Positions 1 through 10,235 of a stretch of DNA of 11,710 nt are shown here, one piece after another. The notes beneath the pieces are model-generated. The model saw nothing but the letters and a program-made list of their open reading frames with translations, was not told where the DNA came from and made no database searches. This stretch comes from Salpingoeca rosetta (lineage: Eukaryota > Protista > Choanoflagellata), in NCBI GenBank assembly GCA_033442325.1, contig JAWQFM010000029.1:787139-798848 (forward strand), read 5' to 3'. Made by a program: the position numbers and the translations under genes. Within the stretch, counting starts at the first letter, position 1, and the number at the start of each line of letters is the position of its first letter.

Positions 1-916
1 CGTCGTCATCGTCGTCACCAGCACCGTGCTGGTCGCCCTTGTCGCGTGCGCTCGACGTGTGCTGTTCATCCGATGCTCGCCGCCTGTACGCTTCCGCAGC
101 CAGGTTTCGCAGGACAGCACAGCCACTGCACTGCACGTCGGTGTCGCCCACGAACCGGCTCATTGCACCAACAACAGCCTCGATGGCGCTCGCGTCAACC
201 ATGATCCTGAAGGTGTTGCGAACAATTGTCAGGCCCTTCAGCACCGCGCACGCTGCCCGGTGGATGCCCACGTTGTGCTGATGCCTGACCATGGCCGTCA
301 CGACCAGCGCAACAGCGCCTTGTTCCAGCAGCCTGTTTCTGATGGCTTGCCGCGGGTCAGCGGCAGACGCGCCATCACGAGCACCAGCGGTGGCAGCAGC
401 ATCCCTGTTTGCGTTGTCGCTCGAGCTGCTGCGCTGCCTCTGACGAAACGACATCATCCGCTCGTCTTTGCTGTTGATGGCCAGCGTCTGCAGCACGGAG
501 CACCCAAAGTACTGCACACTGGCGTTGTCGGCGTGCCTGCGCATTGCACGCACCACCGCTTCAATGCCGCCCTCTCTCACAATGAGCGTATGCGTGTGAA
601 TGTTGTTACAGTGATACGCAATGCTTCCCAGGCTCTTGCAGCCGTCCTGCTGCACATCAGCATCCGCCTCGGCCTGCCTCATGGCCGCCAGCGTGTCCTG
701 GATTGGGGTGTCGCTTTTGCTGCTGCCGCCGCTTTGCCTGCTTTGCGTGTACCACCGCGGGTTGTAGCGGCGCTGGCGGTGACGCTGGTCATGGCGGTGA
801 TGGCCACGAGCAAAGCGGTGGTCTGCCTGAACATGACCTGCGTGAGGGCGGCTTGAAGCGTCCCTGTCCTCGTCTTCACTCGTGCTGCGCCAGTCCCCTC
901 GAGTTGCGCGATGCAT
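1..916 (-). CDS. Armadillo (ARM)-repeat protein, 5' part; continues past the left window edge
   Basis: Stop-free minus frame from ATG 916 to base 2 (305 codons); absent from the ORF track because no stop lies inside the window. After a low-complexity N-terminus (MHRATRGDWRSTSEDED...) come about four ARM-type repeats: IQDTLAAMRQAEADADVQQDGCKSLGSIA / IVREGGIEAVVRAMRRHADNASVQYFGCSVLQTLA / LLEQGAVALVVTAMVRHQHNVGIHRAACAVLKGLT / MVDASAIEAVVGAMSRFVGDTDVQCSGCAVLRNLA. An in-frame TAA lies upstream at 1027-1025. A 5' extension through the phase-0 acceptor at 993-992 is possible. Confidence 0.88.
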   Translation of the reverse strand, partial: MHRATRGDWRSTSEDEDRDASSRPHAGHVQADHRFARGHHRHDQRHRQRRYNPRWYTQSRQSGGSSKSDTPIQDTLAAMRQAEADADVQQDGCKSLGSIAYHCNNIHTHTLIVREGGIEAVVRAMRRHADNASVQYFGCSVLQTLAINSKDERMMSFRQRQRSSSSDNANRDAAATAGARDGASAADPRQAIRNRLLEQGAVALVVTAMVRHQHNVGIHRAACAVLKGLTIVRNTFRIMVDASAIEAVVGAMSRFVGDTDVQCSGCAVLRNLAAEAYRRRASDEQHTSSARDKGDQHGAGDDDDD

Positions 917-1069
917 TCTTGGGCCTGCAGCTTGGCAGTTGTACGCTGTGTCGAGGTGTCGAGCTGAGTGCCTCGGATTCGTTGCTGCCGGCTGCAGAGG
1001 GTGTTCCAGTGTGCTGTGCTGGTGTTAGTGGGTGGTTGAAGGCTTGAAGGGAGACTGCAGAGAGGAAAA

Positions 1070-1098
1070 TGTGTGCGTGTGTGTTTGTGTGTGTGTGT

Positions 1099-1177
<79 letters not shown>
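1070..1177. repeat. (TG)n/(CA)n microsatellite, probably in a 5' intron of the ARM gene
   Basis: About 50 near-perfect TG units, followed on the minus strand by TTTTCCTCTCTGCAG (acceptor at 1056-1055). Confidence 0.95.
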
Positions 1178-1179
<2 letters not shown>

Positions 1180-1256
1180 GTGAGCCGGGTGTCATTTTCC
1201 AGACCAGCTGAGACTGACGTGATGTGTGTTTTTTGTTGTGTCATGCCGCCATGATG

Positions 1257-1487
1257 NNNNNNNNNNNNNNNNNNNNNNNNNNNNNNNNNNNNNNNNNNNN
1301 NNNNNNNNNNNNNNNNNNNNNNNNNNNNNNNNNNNNNNNNNNNNNNNNNNNNNNNNNNNNNNNNNNNNNNNNNNNNNNNNNNNNNNNNNNNNNNNNNNNN
1401 NNNNNNNNNNNNNNNNNNNNNNNNNNNNNNNNNNNNNNNNNNNNNNNNNNNNNNNNNNNNNNNNNNNNNNNNNNNNNNNNNNNNNNN
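1257..1487. other. Assembly gap (231 N) between the divergent ARM and coiled-coil genes
   Basis: Run of N. Confidence 1.
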
Positions 1488-1651
1488 TGCAAGATGCTTC
1501 TTCTGAGTCTGCTTCGCGCACATGAACGTGTCCCCTGCGTGCAGTCTCGCGAGTACTCGCCCAGGCGCTCGTCTGATGTTCCGCTTGCCTGTTTGCTTTT
1601 GTTGCTGCTGCTGCTGCTGTTGTTGTTGTTGTTGCGCACGTTGGGTTGCAG

Positions 1652-3650
<1,999 letters not shown>

Positions 3651-3989
3651 TGTGTGTGTATGTGTGTGTGTGTGGGGGGGGGGGAGGTGGTGGGAGGAGA
3701 AAAGGAGAGGGAGGAGAAAAGGAGAGGGAGGTGGAAGGATGGAAGGGCTGAAGGTGGAGATGGAAGGACTGGAGGTGTTGCGAGGAGATGTGTGTCTTTG
3801 TTTGAGGGAGTAAAAAAGAAAACATCAATCACAAAGTGAACGCATGGTTGACGCTGTACAATGACTGTGGTTGACATGAGAATGAAACAACAAAGGGGGG
3901 GGGGGCGACAAAAGAGCAAGCAAGCAAGCCAGGAATCAGCGTGGCAAGTGGGCGAGAGGAAGAGAGGGCCAAAGCGGGAGGAGAAATTG

Positions 3990-4001
3990 AAAAAAAAAAA
4001 A
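3990..4001 (-). terminator. RNA polymerase III terminator (T12) of the tRNA-Leu gene
   Basis: A12 on the + strand, starting about 10 nt after the tRNA discriminator base. Confidence 0.85.
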
Positions 4002-4010
4002 GAAGAGATT

Positions 4011-4093
4011 TGATCAGGACGAGATTCGAACTCGCGCCTCCGAAGAGATGCGGGCCTTAACCGCACGCCTTAGACCAACTCGGCCACCTGATC
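4011..4093 (-). tRNA. tRNA-Leu(AAG): tRNA-Leu, anticodon AAG, intronless, 83 nt, CCA not encoded
   Basis: The reverse complement folds as a type II cloverleaf: acceptor GATCAGG/CCTGATC plus discriminator A; D arm GCC-GAGTTGGTCTAA-GGC; anticodon stem TGCGG/CCGCA with loop TT-AAG-GC; variable arm TCTC-TTCG-GAGG; T arm GCGAG-TTCGAAT-CTCGT. A box and B box are intact. Confidence 0.97.
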
Positions 4094-4489
4094 GCAGCTG
4101 CGAGCTTCTCAACTCTTGCTGTTGTGTTACGAAGAGAGAAAATATGCATATCAAAACAAGTGGAGGTTGAAAAGCGGAACAGTTGTGGCAGTGGACGCAT
4201 TCACGCACACACACCCACTGACTGGCCGGCCAGCAATGGCATGACTGACTGTCCTACTGACTGTTGCGGAAGGGCATGCGCATGCACGCAGAGCGGCAGG
4301 CCGAAGCATGCTGTAGTGCTGTGATGTCCACATCGAGGTGTGTGTTGTGTTGTGTTGTGTTGTGTTGTGTTGTGTGTGAGGCCATGATGTAGCTGTGTCG
4401 TCTGTCTGATTCTCCTTCCCTGACTTTGTGCTCTTGCTCGCACCTGGTTGTGTACGTGTGTGTTTGCGCTCTGCAGATGATTCTGGCTG

Positions 4490-4537
4490 ATGGGTCGTGA
4501 AGGTGGCCGCTGGCACGGAAGCACCGCCTTGCTTGAG
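4490..4537 (+). CDS. Candidate first coding exon (MGREGGRWHGSTALLE) of the downstream kinase-like gene
   Basis: Acceptor CTCTGCAG ends at 4476, ATG at 4490, phase-0 donor GAG|GTGTGC at 4538, then intron-type microsatellites. An upstream donor lies at 4338. No recognisable motif; the link to the kinase is broken by the gap. Confidence 0.3.
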
Positions 4538-4554
4538 GTGTGCGCTGTTGTGCA

Positions 4555-4728
<174 letters not shown>

Positions 4729-4803
4729 TAGCTCTCTTTTTGTTAATTACATAAATTATTTCTATATATATATAGATATTTTTTGATCTAGGAGGTGTGG
4801 TGT

Positions 4804-5349
4804 NNNNNNNNNNNNNNNNNNNNNNNNNNNNNNNNNNNNNNNNNNNNNNNNNNNNNNNNNNNNNNNNNNNNNNNNNNNNNNNNNNNNNNNNNNNNNNNNN
4901 NNNNNNNNNNNNNNNNNNNNNNNNNNNNNNNNNNNNNNNNNNNNNNNNNNNNNNNNNNNNNNNNNNNNNNNNNNNNNNNNNNNNNNNNNNNNNNNNNNNN
5001 NNNNNNNNNNNNNNNNNNNNNNNNNNNNNNNNNNNNNNNNNNNNNNNNNNNNNNNNNNNNNNNNNNNNNNNNNNNNNNNNNNNNNNNNNNNNNNNNNNNN
5101 NNNNNNNNNNNNNNNNNNNNNNNNNNNNNNNNNNNNNNNNNNNNNNNNNNNNNNNNNNNNNNNNNNNNNNNNNNNNNNNNNNNNNNNNNNNNNNNNNNNN
5201 NNNNNNNNNNNNNNNNNNNNNNNNNNNNNNNNNNNNNNNNNNNNNNNNNNNNNNNNNNNNNNNNNNNNNNNNNNNNNNNNNNNNNNNNNNNNNNNNNNNN
5301 NNNNNNNNNNNNNNNNNNNNNNNNNNNNNNNNNNNNNNNNNNNNNNNNN
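4804..5349. other. Assembly gap (546 N), probably hiding kinase N-lobe exons
   Basis: Run of N upstream of the exon that starts mid catalytic loop. Confidence 1.
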
Positions 5350-5380
5350 TACATAAAAAAAAATAAAGAAATAAAAAAAA

Positions 5381-5534
5381 ACACACACTCACACGCACCC
5401 AACACCCATACACTCACGCACATACACACATACACACACGCACACACACGCACACACACGCACGCACACGCACACGCACCCAACACTCATACACTCACAC
5501 ACATACACACATACACACACATACACACACACGC

Positions 5535-5566
<32 letters not shown>

Positions 5567-5606
5567 GCATGCAACACGCACGCATACACACGCACACGCA
5601 CACACA
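5381..5606. repeat. Degenerate (CA)-rich intronic repeat containing a short internal duplication (ACACGCACCCAACAC(C/T)CATACACTCAC, two copies)
   Basis: Copies begin near 5391 and 5472. Confidence 0.85.
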
Positions 5607-5621
5607 CCGCATACATCATAG

Positions 5622-6436
5622 CCGGAGGACTTTGCGCTCATGTCAAAGACAGGCCCGCCCGTGCTGAAACTCGTGGATTTCGGTTACGCAACGACCGTCA
5701 CCCGAACGGCAGCGCAGCCGCAGGCGGAGGAGAAGGTGAAAAAAGACCGGGCCTGGCGGCAGTGGAGCGCGGCTCCGAACGCCAGCCGTTGATATTTGGG
5801 CAGCTGGCCTCATTCTTTTCCGCATTTTGGCGGGCAAGGTTCCTTTCAGGGGTATCCGAGCAGCCACCGGTGAGCTGTGTTGCGTGTGTGTGTGTGTGTG
5901 TGTATGTGTTGTTGTGTTGTGTTGTGTTGTGTTGTTGTGTTGTGTTGTTGTGTTGTGTTGTTGTGTTGTGTTGTGTTGTGTTTGTGTGTGTGTGTGCCTG
6001 TTTTCGAGTCGCTCAAACTGTGTATTAGACAGCTCACCATCACCTCTTTGCATTTGTCATTTTCGTTGAACGCCCGTTTTGCGTTGCCACACCAGGCGGA
6101 GGAAGCCATGTCACACGAGTGGTTGATGCCGTCACAACAGCCGAGTCTCGACCACCCGCCGCTCCCGTTGCCAACCGTCCTCAGGCAGAACTATGGTGCG
6201 ATGTGTGTGTGTGTCTGTGTGTGTCTGTGTGTGTGTCTGTGCGTCTGTGTGTCTGTCTGTACTTCCAATGCCTTCCTTATCCCTTGCTCTCCCCTTTGCA
6301 CGGCTCTGTTCTTCCCCCCCCATACACACCCCACATCTTCATCTCCATGACCCCGTCCGTCATCAGGTGTTCCAAGAAAACTCTCGCGAGAACGCGTCGT
6401 GGACGATGCCCTGGAACTTCACGTGAGTTCCACATC

Positions 6437-6440
<4 letters not shown>
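5622..6440 (+). CDS. CAMK-group-like Ser/Thr kinase C-lobe (pseudokinase, pseudogene or mis-assembled gene)
   Basis: Exon 5622-5869 after CATCATAG: [23 protein letters not shown] (subdomains VIb-VII, DFG at 5676-5684), then in the +1 frame [24 protein letters not shown] (IX, DIW at 5791). Exon 6096-6195: [10 protein letters not shown]...TVLRQNY (XI). Exon 6367-6422: [19 protein letters not shown], followed by a GTGAGT donor or read-through to TGA 6438-6440. Confidence 0.82.
5884..5996. repeat. (TG)n plus (TTGTG/TTG)n intronic microsatellite
   Basis: Directly visible after the donor at 5870; a similar (GTTGT)n tract lies at about 4342-4374. Confidence 0.9.

Positions 6441-6520
<80 letters not shown>
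6439..6520. repeat. (GA)n-(GT)n compound microsatellite
   Basis: About 25 GA units followed by about 16 GT units. Confidence 0.95.
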
Positions 6521-6522
<2 letters not shown>

Positions 6523-7120
6523 AAGTGTATGCGTGTGCACGCAGGAGTACAATCATCACGTTCACACAAACACACACAACACATGCACGCACATGCACGC
6601 AACACATGCGCACACATGCCTTCACAGCTGCCGGACCTGAGTGTTGCTGCGTCATCATCCTCAATATTGCAACACCAGAGCGCATAATGGACCCTCGATA
6701 CCGAAAAAAACAAGCAGGCGTGCCTGCAAGCAAGCAAATTGCCCGTTGTATCCTATTCTCGAATGACAGACTTGTTTCGTTTCTACCTTCTTTGAAACGC
6801 GCCTTGCTTGCTTGCGTTCTGTTTGCGTTCTGCTTTCTTCGTGTGTGTATGGTTGATTCGCGCCTTTGCCAGGATAAACGTCATGTTTTGGGTTGTTGTG
6901 AAACAGTACTATGCCTTTGGATGACTTGTATGGAGGGAGGAGAGGGCATGTGGGGTCGGGCAACAGCACGAAGGAGAGCAAAGCACGCACACGGATTGAC
7001 ATGGGAGGAATCAGGGCACAGATGAACGTCGCATGTGGAATGCGACAAACGACCTGCAGAGTGCGGAGGTGGCTGGAAAGTGCACAAAGGAACACAACCA
7101 CCAGACACAGCTCTTGCCGT

Positions 7121-8030
7121 TCACTCCTGAATGCGGAGGACGCGCTTGCTGAACGACAGAGCGACGCCACCTCCTATGTTGTTGGACGCACAGGCACGAA
7201 GGGGGAACGGAAACGAATCAAAGGTGTTGGTCAATGTGTGGTCGCAGCAGCCGACGTTGTGTGCCAGAGGCTCATCTGCACGCGTTTGAACATCGCCAGC
7301 TTCTCCGCTGGTACAGTCTTGCGTGTTGAAATTGCTGCTGCCTGGAGAAGTCTCGACTGCGATCCAATGGCCTCTGGGCGCAGCGTAACTATCATCATCA
7401 CAGGATGTCGTGTACACCTGTGCAAGCAGATGCATGAAGGCTGTGGCAGTGAGAAGGCATGTCCCACTCTCACAACAACTGTCGCAGCGTGAGTCAAACC
7501 TAAGCACGAACACCATTCAGACTAGCAACAGCAACACGCCAGCACTCTGCAACGCATGCCAGTCCACTCACGTCAAAGTTGCGGTTGCTCCTGCTCTTGC
7601 TCAGCGAGGAGATGCGTGTAACTTGTTCAGCTGTGAGCTCCTGACCACCAGAATGGTAGTTGATGTCAAAGTACACTTCGCACTGCATTGTTTTCACGTT
7701 CGCAGGGACTGTTCCAACGTACCACTCCCCCGTCAAGTTCTGCAATGCATATGTCGTACAGGACGCCGCTGTGAGCCTGCGAAGTGAAAACATACCATTT
7801 GCAGAAAGCCAGCCATGCTGCACATTGCACACAGACACATGCTGGATCGAACTGCAGCGTGGCGAAAATCCTAAGCGCAGTTCTTAGTACCTGCAGGCGT
7901 CCGATGGCGGTGGAGCAGTCACACTTGTACCAATTGTTCAACGTCTCCAAAGAGAAGATCCAACCTGTTGTGGAGAAGTCGCTTCCCTGTACCTCCAGCT
8001 CGACGAACCCATCATTGCACGTCACCTTCA

Positions 8031-8098
<68 letters not shown>

Positions 8099-8770
8099 AC
8101 GCGCGTGTGCGTGTCAATAGGTCAATGCGTGCTTGTTTGTGGCGAAAGAAGGAGATTTACGTTGCAGTTGTGCTGTGGTTGTGCTGCTGTCCTATCATGC
8201 CATCACCAGCACGGCTGCACGGACTTGTCACCCAGGCACAAACACACGGACACACAGGCACACACGCATACACAGACGCACGCAAACGCACACACACACA
8301 CACATACACACGCTCGCAAATGGGTTGCACCTGAAATGGTTCAGATCCCCGGATCGTGATCCATTTTGTTCCTTCTGCATTCTTTGGAAAGCTGAGGAGA
8401 GTGCGAGAAACGGGAAACACAAATGCATGTGTGAACGCGACACAGGAACATCACGATGATGGACCAAGAACACAAACACCATCAGCTAAAAGTCAAACTC
8501 ACAGAACTCGAATAGTCTTGCACGAGTATCCAGCCGTCTCGCGTGTGTCGCCGGCGCCTCCATAGTTTGTTACATTCGTGGCTGGAACGGCGGTCATGTC
8601 ACAAAACACGTGGCGGGTGGTTTCCGCTTCGGGCTGCACGAAATACACGCCGGAGACAAATCCAAGCTGCCGCAACTGTTGATATCACCAAGGGCGAGCA
8701 TTGAAGTTCAAAGCAGAGCAGGAAACAGTGAGAGTTAGACCGTCGCACACGTTAACTCATGCACTATCTT

Positions 8771-8804
<34 letters not shown>

Positions 8805-9328
8805 CCTCGCAGCTTGATGCAGGGTTGTGTGCTTCCTTGCCAGGGATCGGAGACACGCACTTGTCCCCCCTCAGCAGCTGTGCACACACACACACACACA
8901 CACACACATGCGCGATGCAACGGCAATCAGATCAATACATTGTGTGCGTGGTGAGCATTGACACCGTGACATGACTCAAGTCAACTCCTCTCACGACAGG
9001 ACAATCTGAGCGGTTGCAGGATCAGCCACCCAATATGCGAGTGCTGAAGTGAGTTGGACAACATAGCAGCAGAAGATCGCACCTTCCCCTTCGCTGCACA
9101 TGCTTCCATGGATTGCACCCGTCCAAGCAATGCAACGAGATCGATGCCCTCCACCAAGACGGTGCCATTTCGTGCACTCTGCAGCATCAGGTTGCCGTGG
9201 TCGTCCGCCGAAATGATGGGTTTCTTGCCAGCTGCGTCATCCTCGCTTGCACTCGCAGCTTCACCAGCGCCACATGTCACAGCCGTCACCAACACTAACA
9301 CTGCTTGCACGAGCACGCGTACTCTCAT
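7121..9328 (-). CDS. Secreted ~384-410 aa protein: signal peptide, cubilin-N-like segment, two fibrinogen/COLFI-type head repeats and a COLFI-like C-terminal region
   Basis: Seven exons, all GT-AG and phase-consistent: 9328-9083, 8877-8803, 8675-8503, 8391-8331, 8025-7891, (7817 or 7739)-7572, 7417-7121 (TGA). Product: MRVRVLVQAVLVLVTAVTCG (signal) ...PIISADDHGNLMLQSARNGTVLVEGIDLVALLGRVQSMEAC...GKEAHNPASSCEELRQLGFVSGVYFVQPEAETTRHVFCDMT...GDTRETAGYSCKTIRVLFPKNAEGTKWITIRGSEPFQVTCNDG...GEWYVG...YFDINYHSGGQELTAEQVTRISSLSKSRSNRNFDVYTTSCDDD...FPFPLRACASNNIGGGVALSFSKRVLRIQE*. No transmembrane segment after the signal peptide. Confidence 0.88.
8035..8095. repeat. (CA)n microsatellite immediately before an intron acceptor on the minus strand
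   Basis: About 30 perfect units, ending about 8 nt before the AAG acceptor at 8028-8026. Confidence 0.95.
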
Positions 9329-9665
9329 ACTCGCAGCACGTGTGTGTGTTTGTGTGAATGTATGTTTGTGTGAATGTGTCGATGTTGCGGACAGCACGAC
9401 CAGTGACTGCAGAGGATTCTGCAATATGATCGTTGAAAATTCAACGCATGCAGCGGATTCGCATCCCACAACACCACACAGCAGTCCTCAATCTCTTTCA
9501 CCGATTCCCTTCACGCAAGTGTCCGTTTACACAACAGAAACCGAAGAGACGACAATGCAGTCGAATAACGCAGAAAAGCAATGCAACGTAGCATCGTACA
9601 CCACAACAGAAGAAAGTAAGTACACTCATCATAAACGAGCAAACAAGTCGCATCACACATGAACA

Positions 9666-10006
9666 TCATGGCTCCGGCGCCTCGTGTTCTGCTGTCCACT
9701 GACTGACAATGTTGATGGCAGTGATCCACACGAGCATGGTTTCATGGCTCGATGCCTGACAAGCGTGTTTGGGGTTGTTTTGCATGGTTGACGTCGTGAG
9801 GTGAGCAGTCGGCACGAAATTCAGCAGCAGCAGCAGCAGCATTTGCAAAACACGATGCCAACAACAGCACAGACGTCACACGCGAGCACATTCTACGTAG
9901 ACGTGTGGCAAACATGCGCCGTACCATGAGGTGATAGGTTTGTTTCTCGGTGATGACATCAAACGGGCAGCCGGGCACTTGCGGCGCTTGCTCCGGCGAC
10001 ACCCTG
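9666..10006 (-). CDS. Last two exons of a protein ending in a pleckstrin-homology (PH) domain
   Basis: Exon 10006/10003-9925 (VSPEQAPQVPGCPFDVITEKQTYHLM, donor GTACGG) joins in phase 0 to exon 9755-9666 (ASSHETMLVWITAINIVSQWTAEHEAPEP*). The junction rebuilds the PH beta6-beta7-helix signature F.V.T..+TY.L.A.S......WI.AI, including the conserved Trp. Confidence 0.85.
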
Positions 10007-10120
10007 CTAGGAAAATACAGGACAACGGCAAGCACGTGTGAATCTGGAAGCGGGGGTGGACGGGGGAGGTGGGACGAGGTGTCGTCGTGGCGTCGATACC
10101 GTTGGCACGATGGTACACAG

Positions 10121-10150
10121 CACACACACACACATACACACACACACACA

Positions 10151-10227
<77 letters not shown>
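10121..10227. repeat. (CA)n microsatellite at a contig end
   Basis: About 50 near-perfect units. Confidence 0.95.
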
Positions 10228-10235
10228 CAACAACA

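Noticed and set aside
26-856. 276-aa plus-strand ORF
   Set aside because: Codon-aligned antisense shadow of the ARM-repeat gene; it has no motif of its own.
3738-3778. Imperfect 21-nt direct repeat (GATGGAAGG..TG.AGGTG, two copies)
   Set aside because: Two copies in purine-rich 3' UTR sequence; consistent with ordinary slippage.
4011-4093. Selenocysteine or suppressor tRNA, or tRNA-derived SINE
   Set aside because: Standard 7/5 acceptor and T stems, AAG anticodon and Leu-type variable arm. The A-run is the antisense of the terminator, and no target-site duplication is visible.
5736-5785. Small intron from AAG|GTGAAA to explain the kinase frame break
   Set aside because: Acceptors at 5762, 5767 and 5785 all fail to reach the DIW frame.
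6911-7492. 193-aa plus-strand ORF
   Set aside because: Largely antisense to the last exon and 3' UTR of the secreted protein; no motif.
7740-7795. 56-nt GTATGT...TTGCAG intron in the COLFI-like gene
   Set aside because: Its removal after an exon starting at 7817 shifts frame to a stop at 7666-7668 and loses the COLFI-like segment.
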